Origin: an uncultured Acidobacteriota bacterium
GTDB taxonomy: Bacteria > Acidobacteriota > Vicinamibacteria > Vicinamibacterales > SCN-69-37
Direction of reading: 5' to 3'
Length of the DNA: 64,000 nucleotides
Assembly: GCA_963780895.1 (NCBI GenBank)
Contig: CAWAEG010000001.1
Location: 1,114,607-1,178,606, forward strand
Shown piece after piece: positions 28,861 through 37,789 of the stretch. How positions within the stretch are numbered: the stretch's first letter is position 1; every line of letters starts with the position of its first letter. The position numbers and the translations under genes were made by a program. The notes under the pieces were generated by a model. It made no database searches and was not told the origin of the DNA. It saw only the letters and a program-made list of their open reading frames with translations.

Positions 28861-30122
28861 TCCCGCTGGTTCCTGCCCCTGCCGGAACGTCCGGCTCCCG
28901 GCATCGCCGACTCGAACGCGCCGGCATCAGGCGCGCGGCCCGCCGGACGGACGGCTCGGTCGAAATCATCGGTCGCGTCGGCAATCGGCACGCCCGCGTC
29001 GATGGCCGGCCGGCCGTCGGGCGTGAGGCGCATGTCCGCTCTCGATGGGTCCACGAACCAGCTGCGCCGCGCGCTCATGACGTTGCCGTCCAGGCTGGCC
29101 CGGCCGCCGTCGCGCAGGAAGATCCGGTGATTGGTCAGGTTGTTGCGCACGAGGGCGTCCGAGGCCGGAAAGCGCACCTCGATCGACCAGGGCGTCAAAC
29201 CCTCGACGAAAATCGTGTTGTGCTCGATCCGCAATTCACGCGCGGCGTTCGCTTCGATGGCCTCGTCCGCCCACCGGTTCAGGTTGACGATGACGTTGTT
29301 GCGCACCACGCCGCCCGTATGATCGTACCCGCGTTCGCCGTTTCGTGCGAAGCGGGACGGCTCCTCCGTGAGGCCGAGCGCGATGCCTCGGAACGAATCG
29401 ACGATCAGGTTGCGTTCGACGACGGTTCCGGCGGAGGCGGCCCAGACGAGGATGGCCGGGCCGGATTTCCAGCCATCTGCTTCGCGACCCCGGATGCGGG
29501 CGAACCGATTGTCGCGAATCACCCAGCCGCTGGTCGCGAGCAGGTCGACGCCGTTGGTGTAGTCACTCGGCGCGCCGGTCGTGTAGGCGAAGTCCGAGCA
29601 GGCGACAAGGCCGTTGTCCGCGTACACCGTTCCTTCCGAGACGCTTCCCTTGAACAGCTGCTGGCCGGTGTCCCGCAGCCGGGCGTTGTGCAGCGTGAAA
29701 TGCGACGCGCCCTGCTCACCGCGGACCTGGACGGCGTGATAGCCGAGGTCGCGGATGGTCACGTCCGCGATCGTCACATGCGCCGCGCTCACCGAGAGCC
29801 CGACGCCGACCGAGTCGCCCGTCATCCCGCGGCCGCGAAGGGTGACCCGTTCCGGATCGCCGTGCTCTCCGCGAACGGTCACGTTCGGCGTCGCGATGTC
29901 GATCGCGCGGCGAAGATTATAGGTACCATCGGCGAGCAGGATCGTCTCGCCCGGCCTGACGGACGAGGCCGCGCGCTCGAGCTCGGCGACGTTCCTGACT
30001 TTGATCGTCGATCCATCGGGCGGCTTCCATCCGCACCGGCGGCATACCGCCGGCGCGGCCGGCTGGAGAGGCCAGAGGACGAGGAGCAGTGCCGCGATCC
30101 GGGTCAAGAGGGCCGGCCTCAT
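28857..30122 (-). CDS. Secreted right-handed parallel beta-helix protein (PL6/chondroitinase-B-like putative polysaccharide lyase or epimerase)
   Basis: ATG at 30122 (MRPALLTRIAALLLVLWPLQPAAP signal). VRNVAELERAASSVRPGETILLADGTYNL resembles the PL6-type N-terminal motif. Repeated ...VIRDNRF.../...VVERNLIV.../...VVRNNVIV.../...IEHNTIF.../...LVRNNL. ATGA overlaps on both sides. Confidence 0.6.
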   Translation of the reverse strand: MRPALLTRIAALLLVLWPLQPAAPAVCRRCGWKPPDGSTIKVRNVAELERAASSVRPGETILLADGTYNLRRAIDIATPNVTVRGEHGDPERVTLRGRGMTGDSVGVGLSVSAAHVTIADVTIRDLGYHAVQVRGEQGASHFTLHNARLRDTGQQLFKGSVSEGTVYADNGLVACSDFAYTTGAPSDYTNGVDLLATSGWVIRDNRFARIRGREADGWKSGPAILVWAASAGTVVERNLIVDSFRGIALGLTEEPSRFARNGERGYDHTGGVVRNNVIVNLNRWADEAIEANAARELRIEHNTIFVEGLTPWSIEVRFPASDALVRNNLTNHRIFLRDGGRASLDGNVMSARRSWFVDPSRADMRLTPDGRPAIDAGVPIADATDDFDRAVRPAGRAPDAGAFESAMPGAGRSGRGRNQRE

Positions 30123-31970
30123 GCCGCCGCCTCGACGTGGTTCTCGCGCTGCCAGAGCTCGAGAATCAGGAGGACCTGCAGCAGATAGCTGCGATCGGCT
30201 TCGCCGCTGCGCGTCTGCCGCACCAGCTCCTGCAACGTCGTCTTCGCCACGATGGACTGCACGCGAGCCCCCGGTGTGAGGAGCTCCGACTCGACGCTGT
30301 CGAGCAGCCCCTTGCGCATCCAGCCGTCGAAGTTGTGATAGTGACGATACCCCCGCACGTTGAGCCGCTTGAACGCGCTGTTGCACTTGTCGAGCACGAA
30401 CTCCAGCAGCGGACCGGCGTCCGCGGGAGCGCCTGTGTTCGAGTTCCGGACCTTCAGCAGCCGCCGACACCCGCGGCCGGTCAATGCCTGGTGGATTCGC
30501 GTGCTGTCGCGCCAGCTGGACGGCGCCGCGAGGAGGACTTTGAGAAACTCGACGTCCAGGAACGGCAAGCGCACCTGCACCCGCGTTCGAAAGAGCTCCA
30601 GCGAGGGAATCGTGAACCGGCGGTTGAGCTCGCGCAGATAGAGATAGCTGCAGCACTCAGCCGGCGAGAGGTTCGTGCCGGCAAGCGCGGCCGCGAACGC
30701 CTCGCGGCCGCCGGAGCCCGCTCGTGCCCGGACTTCAGGCCGCAGGAGCCGTTCGAGCGGGAAATGGTCCTTCGTGTGGACGAGAGTGTCCCGGCTCGCA
30801 AGGTAAGGAATCAGCTCGTCCACTGTCTTGACTTCATAGACGTGCGCGTCGGTGTGAAGCGGCCATGCCAGATGCGCTTTGGCCAGCTCGCCGCCGTGGC
30901 CACGAAGGAGCACGCCGATGTCGGTCTCGCCCGAGTACCCTGACGGCAAGCATTTCGGTCAGGCCGTGGCTCAGGTACATCCCGTCGGTCATCGACACCA
31001 TCTCGGCCATATTGGCGAGAAAATTGTCGAGGTACGACCCGTCGAGCGGGAAATACCGGTGCCGCGTTCCCGCAATGCGCGCGAGCTTCTCGGCAATCAC
31101 CTGGTCGGCGCACCCCTCGACACCGAGGGTGTATGTCTGAATCGCCGGGGCCCGTTCGTTCACCGCGCTCAGAATTGCGCGGCTGTCGAGGCCACCCGAC
31201 AGCGACAGGCCGATGGGTACGGTGGTGTTCAAGGCGCGTCCCACAGCCCGCGTGAACGCCGCTTGAACCGCCTCCAGGTATTCGGCCTGGCTCGTCCACT
31301 GTTGTCGGAAGAACGTCTGCAGCTGCAGGTACGGCCGCAGCTGGGTCTGCCGCTCCTCGAGGTCGTACATCAGCACGGTGCCCGGGTCGAGCACGTGCAC
31401 GCCCTCGGCGAGGGTCTTGTCGCCGATCACGGCGCCCACAGTGAGGTAATCAGCGACGGCGCGCAAGTCCAGGCGCGTGACGTCGGGCGCGGCTCGCAAC
31501 AGTGCGGAGAGATCGGAGCTGAAGATGAACCCGTCGCTGTCGGCGTGCCAGTACAACGGATGACTGCCGATCGGGTCTGTCGCCAGCACGAGCCGCCGGC
31601 GAGCGTCGTCGAACAGCGCCAGAGAGAACTCGCCTTCGAGCCGCTCGACGAATCCGGCTCCCGCCTGCAGGTAGAGGTGCCACAAGAGGGCGTTGCGCGA
31701 CTCGATCGGCTCCGGGGCATCCAGCCCTGATCGCAGCGCCGCTTCATTGTGCAGGACGCCGTGGAAGACCACTTGCGGCGTGTCGGTCGGGGTGCCGGAC
31801 CGAGCGGCCCGCATGCTGGCGAGCGAGACCTCGGCCAGCCGCCACACGCGGCCGGCCGTCGACTGGACCGAAAGTCCGGGATACCGGCGCATGCGTTCGA
31901 GCGCCGCCCCGAACCGCTCGCCGCCGACGTCGAGATCGCGTGCGGCGACGTGCCCGACGAGTCCAGGCAC
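30119..31970 (-). pseudogene. Asparagine synthetase-like amidotransferase lacking the N-terminal Cys nucleophile, one +1 frame disruption near 30950
   Basis: GTG at 31970 overlaps the UbiA TAG (TAGTG). N-terminus (M)PGLVGHV instead of MCG. PP-loop LSLSGGLDSRAIL. Junction ...GLTEML|LPSGYSGETDIGVLLRGHGGE. 1852 nt = 3n+1. Confidence 0.7.
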
Positions 31971-32967
31971 TAGCCGCCTCCCAACGTCCAGAGCGGCTCC
32001 ATCCTGGCGGGGTCGACGTTGAAGAGGTCGTACAGCCCGGGGATCGACGTGAACATCAGCAGGATGAACACCAGCGTCGCGAACAACATGTACAGCGAAG
32101 AACCCGCGCTGCTGGTACAGCTTTTCAGGATTCTGCACCGGGCTGTTCGGCAGCAGTCCGATCTGGAGGTAGTACGCGAACACCCCGGCGCCGATCGGCG
32201 TGAAGAGGATCAGCTCGAGGTGATAGCGGACGATGAAGATGCCCGCGAACAGCGCGCAGGTCGTCGCGTAGAAGAAGAGGCTCACGAGCAGCCGCTCTTC
32301 CGTGTAGAACTGGAACGATCGGCGGTACGCGGCGGCCACGCGCGGGATCGCCGATGTGCCGGTACTCGGCGAATCGCTTCATCGCCATGAAAAACGCGCC
32401 GAGCATCCAGTAGGCAATCGCGAGCGACATGGGCGGGACGCGCAGCGTCACCAGCGCGAACCAGCCGAGGAACAGCCGAATCGGGTTGTTGACCGATTCG
32501 CTGAGCACGTCGAGGTACGGCCACTCCTTGGTTCGAAGCGGCGGCACGTTGTAGGCGATGCCCATGATCCAGAGCGCCAGGGCCGACGCGAAGAAATAGA
32601 CGTTGATCGACAGGGCCAGCGCGAAGCCCGCGGCGGCGAGCGCCAGCCACTCGACGTACGCAATCGCCGGCCGGATTCGACCCGACGGCACGGGCCGGTG
32701 CCGCTTCTCGGGATGCAGCCGGTCGCGCGGGCCGTCGAGCAGCTCGTTCAGCACGTAGTTGCTCGAGGCGACCAGACAGGTGGCGAGCACGGCGATCGAG
32801 AGCGGCACGAGGCTCGACCAGGTGAGGAGCGACGGCTCGTAGAACACCGCCAGGACGACGCCGAGCAGCATGAAGGCGTTCTTGAACCAGTGGTCGACGC
32901 GCGCGATCTGGACGTACGGCCAGATCGTGGACTGCGCGCGCCGGTCAGCTGCGATCGTCAAGGACAT
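31970..32967 (-). pseudogene. UbiA-family prenyltransferase (polyprenyl-phosphate phosphoribosyltransferase / DPPR-synthase-like), two +1 frame disruptions
   Basis: ATG at 32967 (MSLTIAADRRAQSTIWPYVQIARVDHWFKNAFMLLG). NYVLNELLDGPRDRLHPEKRHRPVPSG motif. Junctions ~32340 (...EYRHIGDPA|VAAAYRRSFQFY...) and ~32095 (...QQRGFF|LYMLFATLVFILLMF...PLWTLGGG). Stop TAG 31970-31972. 998 nt = 3n+2. Confidence 0.65.
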
Positions 32968-33731
32968 CGAGGAGCCTTTCGAGCGAGCGGAACACGCGGT
33001 ACCCCGCGGTCCGCCGCCTGGATCTGAATCCGCCGCCGATAATCACGCAGGGCATGCCGGCGGCCGACGCGCCCGCCGCGTCCACGTCGGGCCGATCGCC
33101 GACGAACAGCACGTCACCCGGCGCCATCCGCCACGCCCGGCACGCGAGCAGGAATCCTCGCGGGCTGGGTTTGAGCGCCGCGACTTCCGGCGCGCTCGTG
33201 CACAGCACGGGCGAAAAGCGTCCGTCGAGACCGAGCGCCTGCAGCTTCGATTCCGGCGGGATAGTCCGACAGCACGCCCGTCCGGACGCCTGCCTGCTCG
33301 AGAAATCCGAGCAGCCGGTCGAGGCCTTTTGCGCGGCAGAACTGGAGGTATTTGAGCGGCCTGGCGAGCATCCATTCGTCGACCAGCCGCTCGACTTCGG
33401 GGACGGTGAGCCCCGTCGCGCGTGCCGCGGCCAACAGCTGTGCCGCGGCCGCCGAGCCCCGCTCGTCGGTCGCTCGAAGCTGTTCCTGGGTCTTGCGGTA
33501 CGTCCGGAGCGCCTGCCAGCGCTGCGGCGCTTTCAGGAATCCGGAGAAGGGCAGGGTGAGCAGCTCCATCGCCATCAGCGATCGCAGCAGCGCCTGCCGA
33601 TACAGCGTGCCGTCGAGATCGAACAGCACCGCCTGAATGCGGCGGCTCGGGTCGAGCGGGTTCAACACGCCGCTCGTCCGCCTGGTCGGATTCCCCACAC
33701 GCCGATTGAGGGGAATCGCGTTAGCCGACAT
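32945..33731 (-). pseudogene. HAD-superfamily hydrolase (phosphatase), one +1 frame disruption near 33257
   Basis: ATG at 33731 (start uncertain). HAD motifs VLFDLDGTLY, GVLSDYP, KPSPRGF, FVGDRPDVD. Junction ...LSDYPA|ESKLQALGLDGRFSPVLCTSAPE with an extra G in GCCGGAA. 787 nt = 3n+1. Confidence 0.65.
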
Positions 33732-35112
33732 GATCGAGCAAGGCCCGGATGCGGGCCGCGTCCACGAGGGCCACCTGACGGACCCAGACGCCGACGAGCA
33801 AGAGCACGGTCGCGGCCGCACCGACCAGAGCCGGCCGGCTTTGACGGAATCCGGCCGCGTGGGGCGTCGCCAGAAACGCGGCGCCGTAGAGCGCGAAGAT
33901 CGGAATCAGCGGCAGGTGGTACCGCGAATGGCCGAAGACGAGTGTGTGCACGCCCGTGATCAGGACGACAGGCAGCAAGAGCAGGATGTGCAGGCGCGCG
34001 GGCGGGCGTGCCAGCCAGACGCCGGCCGCGCCGCACAGAATGACGGCGAGGTACCCGACGACAATCAGGACGGACGCGCTCGCGCCGAGCCAGGCCGGCG
34101 GCGCGTATTTGCCCTGCTGAATCCCCGCCGCGTATTCGCGTTCGAGTCCCCAGAAGTCCGCGAACTTGATGAGCGCCCGCCGCGCCGTGATCTCGGGATG
34201 CTCCCGCATGTAGGCGATCGCCTTGCGCTGCGCCCATTTTTCTTTCTGACCCTCGGTCAGACGCTGCCCTGGAAACTCCCGCGCGATTGGATACGACCAG
34301 CTCTTTTCGCCGGTCAGTCCGACGGCGGCCCACATCCGGTCGTCGGGCGTGTGCTCGTAGTTGCCCATCCGGAGATTCATGCCACCCATCGTGTCGACGA
34401 TCGTCAGGACGCCCTGCAGCCTGGTGTTGCGCGCGGCCCACGGCACGACGACCGCCGCGTAACCGGCGAGCACGGCGGCCGGCAGCGCGACACGCGTCCG
34501 GAGCGGCGCGCGAAGCAGCAGCGCCAGGAGCGGACAGAAGAGGAGCGGCAGCGGCCAGAGGACGCTGCGTGTGAGCGCGGCCAGACCCAGCGCCAGCCCG
34601 CACAGAAGCGCCGTTGACACCCGCGGTGTCTGCACGAGCATCACTGACAGCAGCACGAACGCAATCAGGAGCAGCGTAAACAGTATCTCGGTGAGGATCG
34701 TGAAGTTGAAGAACACGTAGGACGGGTAGAGAAAGAACGCGGCCGCCGCAAACCGGCCCGCCGCGGGACTGAACACGCGCCGTCCAAGCTCGCAGATGAG
34801 CGCCACCGTCGCCAGCGAGAGCAGGATGTGCACGAGCCGAACCGCCTGCAGGTTGCCGACGCCGGCGACCGAAAAAATCGCCGCGAGCAGGCCTGGATAG
34901 AGTGGTGGCCGAATCGATGTCGGCTGTCCAGGTCGCGACGCGAACCCGTCGCCGTTGACGATGCTGGTGGCGAGCTGGACGTAGTGCTGTTCGTCTTCGA
35001 TTTCAGTTCCGAGCGCCGGCGTATGCCAAAATATGGCGAGACGGACGAGCAGCCCGAGGGCGATCGCCACCCTGAGCGCAACCCGGCCATCCGATGAGAA
35101 GACAAAAGTCAC
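33721..35112 (-). CDS. Polytopic membrane glycosyltransferase, GT-C fold (ArnT/PMT_2-like)
   Basis: GTG at 35112. 463 aa with many TM helices. N-terminal loop DEQHYVQLATSIVNGDGF...RPPLYPGLLA is typical of ArnT-like GT-C enzymes. Confidence 0.75.
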   Translation of the reverse strand: MTFVFSSDGRVALRVAIALGLLVRLAIFWHTPALGTEIEDEQHYVQLATSIVNGDGFASRPGQPTSIRPPLYPGLLAAIFSVAGVGNLQAVRLVHILLSLATVALICELGRRVFSPAAGRFAAAAFFLYPSYVFFNFTILTEILFTLLLIAFVLLSVMLVQTPRVSTALLCGLALGLAALTRSVLWPLPLLFCPLLALLLRAPLRTRVALPAAVLAGYAAVVVPWAARNTRLQGVLTIVDTMGGMNLRMGNYEHTPDDRMWAAVGLTGEKSWSYPIAREFPGQRLTEGQKEKWAQRKAIAYMREHPEITARRALIKFADFWGLEREYAAGIQQGKYAPPAWLGASASVLIVVGYLAVILCGAAGVWLARPPARLHILLLLPVVLITGVHTLVFGHSRYHLPLIPIFALYGAAFLATPHAAGFRQSRPALVGAAATVLLLVGVWVRQVALVDAARIRALLDHVG

Positions 35113-35174
35113 GCTGCTTGCCGACTATTGTCGGTCCTGTCTCGACATACCGCCTCTGAATCTCAGACCAACGC

Positions 35175-37742
35175 GTGGCGGCGACTGATAATTCAATTCG
35201 CGTTCCGCTCGGCCCCTTGAATCCGCTGAGATGGGGCTCGGAACGACGCGGGGAACCGATCACAATTGGCGTTCCCATTCCTGCCGGCCTGGCGCGTGCC
35301 GCGAGTCAGATCTTGCTCGACGCGCCGTTCACTTCTGTAACGCCGCCGCAAGTTCGCGTGCTCGATGCGTGGCCCGATGGATCGATCCGCTGGGCGCTCG
35401 TCGATCTGCTGGCCGACACGCCCGCACCGCCGGCGATGAAACCATCGGACCTCGGTGTGACCTCGTCCGTGACGCCGCCCAAAAACGTCCGCGTCTCCAT
35501 GAACGAGAAGACCGTCAACGTCGACACTGGCGCGGCGACGTTCGGCTTCGAATTTGGAGGCGCGTTCCCGTTTTCGTCGATCGACGTCGGAAGCCAGTCG
35601 CCGATCGACATCAGCGCCTCGGGACTTCAGCTCGACACGAGCGGTGCGGCGATGCACTTTCGAATCACCGATGTGCAGGTGCACGAGACAGGCCCTGTCC
35701 GTGCGGAAATCGAATTGCGAGCCGGCGGGGTCGGGCCCGCGCCGCTCGATGTCTCGGCGCGAATCGAGTTGTTCGCGGGCAGCGCGACCGCCCGTCTGCA
35801 CCTGACGCTGCTCAACCGGCGCCGCGCCCGGCACCCGAACGGCCAGTGGGTGCTCGGCGACGAAGGATCGGTGTCGCTGCGATCCGCGGCGCTCGTGCTG
35901 ACCGTCGCGGGATCGATCGACCGCGTGCGATGCGCGGCGGAAGATGGTTCGCCCCTGTCAGACGTCGAGCTGCCGTTCGAGCTGTTCCAGGAATCGAGCG
36001 GCGGCGATCACTGGAACGGGCCCATTCATCGCAACCGCGATGGCCGGGTGCCGCTCCGGTTTCGCGGGTACCGGCTCCGGGCGGGCGCCAGCGAGCGCAC
36101 AGGCGATCGCGCGACGCCCATCGTGGTCGTCGAGACGGATCGCGGGGAGATCGCGGTCACGGCCCCGCGGTTCTGGCAGAATTTTCCGCGCGCGATCGGC
36201 GTCGACGGGCGGACGATCGAAATCGGTCTGTTTCCCAGTCAGGCGCCGGAACCGCACGAGCTGCAGGGCGGCGAACAGAAAACGCACGAGGTTCTGATCG
36301 CGTTCGGCAAGGATGCCGTGTCGGATCCGCCGCTCGCGTGGTGCCACGATCCCCAGTTTGCCTATCCCCCGCCGCAGTGGTGCTGCTCGAGCGGCGCCGT
36401 GCCGTTTCTGATTCCGGAGTGCGACGACGCCAAGCGCGAGTATCTGGACCTCGTTTCGCTCGCGCTCGATCCGGCCAGGGGCTTGGACGCCAAGAACGAG
36501 CGCGCCGACGAATACGGATGGCGGAACTTCGGTGATCTGCACGCGGACCACGAATCCGCGTTCCAGTCGCCGGACCAGCCCCACGTCTCGCACTACAACA
36601 ATCAGTACGACGCGATGGCCGGCTTCGCCATGCACTTCCTGCGAACCGGCGACCGGCGCTGGTGGCGGTTGATGACGGACCTCGCGCGCCACGTCCGCGA
36701 CATCGACATCTACCGGACGACCGGGGACAAGGCCGCGTACAACGGCGGCCTGTTCTGGCACACGTGTCACTACACCGATGCCGGGACCGCGACGCACCGG
36801 ACATACCCGCGCGGCGTGCCGGGCGGCGGACCGTCGTCCGAGCACAACTACAACGCGGGGCTGATGCTCCACTACTTCATGACCGGCGAGCGCGCGTCGC
36901 GCGACGTCGCGATCGATCTCGGCCGCTGGGTCATCGACATGGACGACGGCCGCAAAACGCTGTTCCGCTGGCTGGCGGGCGGCGCGACCGGCCTGGCGAG
37001 CGCGAGCGGATCGATGTCGTACCACGGACCGGGCCGAGGGCCGGCCAATTCGATCCTGGCCTGCCTCGTCGCGGCGCGGCTGACGAATGCGCCCGAATAC
37101 GCCGCGAAGGCCGACGCGTTGATCAGGCGGTGCATCCATCCGGAAGACGACGTCAACGCGAGAAACCTGCTCGACGTCGAGCCGCGGTGGTACTACACCG
37201 TTTTTCTGCAGTCGCTCGGCTGGTACCTGCACCAGAAAGGCGAGCTGGGGCGGTTGGACGAGATGTACGCGTACGCGCGCGCCAGCCTGCTTCGCTACGC
37301 GCGATGGATGGCGGTGCACGAGCGGCCGTACCTCGACCGGCCCGAGGTGCTCGAGTTCCCGACGGAAACGTGGGCCGCGCAGGATATCCGGAAAGCCGAC
37401 GTGTTCCTCTGGGCGGCGCAACACACCACCGCGCACGAACGCGCTCAGTTCCTGGAGCGGGCACGGCACTTTTTCGAATACTCGGTCAGCACGCTGGCGA
37501 CGAAGCCCACGCGTCACTACACGCGGCCGGTTGTCCTGCTGCTGACGAGCGGGATTCGCTCCGGCTGGTTCGGCGTCAACGCGTCGGCCCTGCCGGAGCC
37601 GGCGGGCGTACAGCCTCCACCGGCCGGTCCACCGCCCGCGTCGTTCGAATCGCAGAAGACCCGCGCCAAGCGTCACGCGCTCATCGTGACCGTTCTGTCG
37701 ATCGTGGCGACGACGATGGCCGTCGGGTTCTGGATCCTTTGA
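35175..37742 (+). CDS. Large putative glycan lyase/hydrolase (PcRGLX/YetA-like: N-terminal barrel + alpha/alpha toroid) with C-terminal TM anchor
   Basis: GTG 35175 (start uncertain). N-terminal ...GEPITIGVPIPAGLA...VRVLDAWPDGSIRWALVDLL pattern. YGWRNFGDLHADHE...SHYNNQYD...GGLFWHTCHY...EHNYNAGLMLHYFMTGE in the toroid-like part. Terminal hydrophobic helix HALIVTVLSIVATTMAVGFWIL. Confidence 0.5.
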   Translation: MAATDNSIRVPLGPLNPLRWGSERRGEPITIGVPIPAGLARAASQILLDAPFTSVTPPQVRVLDAWPDGSIRWALVDLLADTPAPPAMKPSDLGVTSSVTPPKNVRVSMNEKTVNVDTGAATFGFEFGGAFPFSSIDVGSQSPIDISASGLQLDTSGAAMHFRITDVQVHETGPVRAEIELRAGGVGPAPLDVSARIELFAGSATARLHLTLLNRRRARHPNGQWVLGDEGSVSLRSAALVLTVAGSIDRVRCAAEDGSPLSDVELPFELFQESSGGDHWNGPIHRNRDGRVPLRFRGYRLRAGASERTGDRATPIVVVETDRGEIAVTAPRFWQNFPRAIGVDGRTIEIGLFPSQAPEPHELQGGEQKTHEVLIAFGKDAVSDPPLAWCHDPQFAYPPPQWCCSSGAVPFLIPECDDAKREYLDLVSLALDPARGLDAKNERADEYGWRNFGDLHADHESAFQSPDQPHVSHYNNQYDAMAGFAMHFLRTGDRRWWRLMTDLARHVRDIDIYRTTGDKAAYNGGLFWHTCHYTDAGTATHRTYPRGVPGGGPSSEHNYNAGLMLHYFMTGERASRDVAIDLGRWVIDMDDGRKTLFRWLAGGATGLASASGSMSYHGPGRGPANSILACLVAARLTNAPEYAAKADALIRRCIHPEDDVNARNLLDVEPRWYYTVFLQSLGWYLHQKGELGRLDEMYAYARASLLRYARWMAVHERPYLDRPEVLEFPTETWAAQDIRKADVFLWAAQHTTAHERAQFLERARHFFEYSVSTLATKPTRHYTRPVVLLLTSGIRSGWFGVNASALPEPAGVQPPPAGPPPASFESQKTRAKRHALIVTVLSIVATTMAVGFWIL

Positions 37743-37771
37743 TTGACGCGCCGTCGCCGGGCGGGTATAAG
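37743..37771 (+). promoter_or_regulatory. Sigma-70-like promoter candidate for the third G8/beta-helix gene
   Basis: TTGACG (37743-37748), 17-nt spacer, TATAAG (37766-37771), ending 18 nt upstream of ATG 37790. Starts immediately after the upstream stop codon. Confidence 0.4.
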
Positions 37772-37789
37772 CGGTAGAACGGTGTTCTC

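Noticed and set aside
35119-35135. The small inverted repeat CCGAC-TATT-GTCGG in the divergent 35113-35174 promoter region, considered as an operator.
   Set aside because: The stem is only 5 bp, there is no second copy elsewhere in the window, and no regulator gene is nearby. The evidence is too weak to call.
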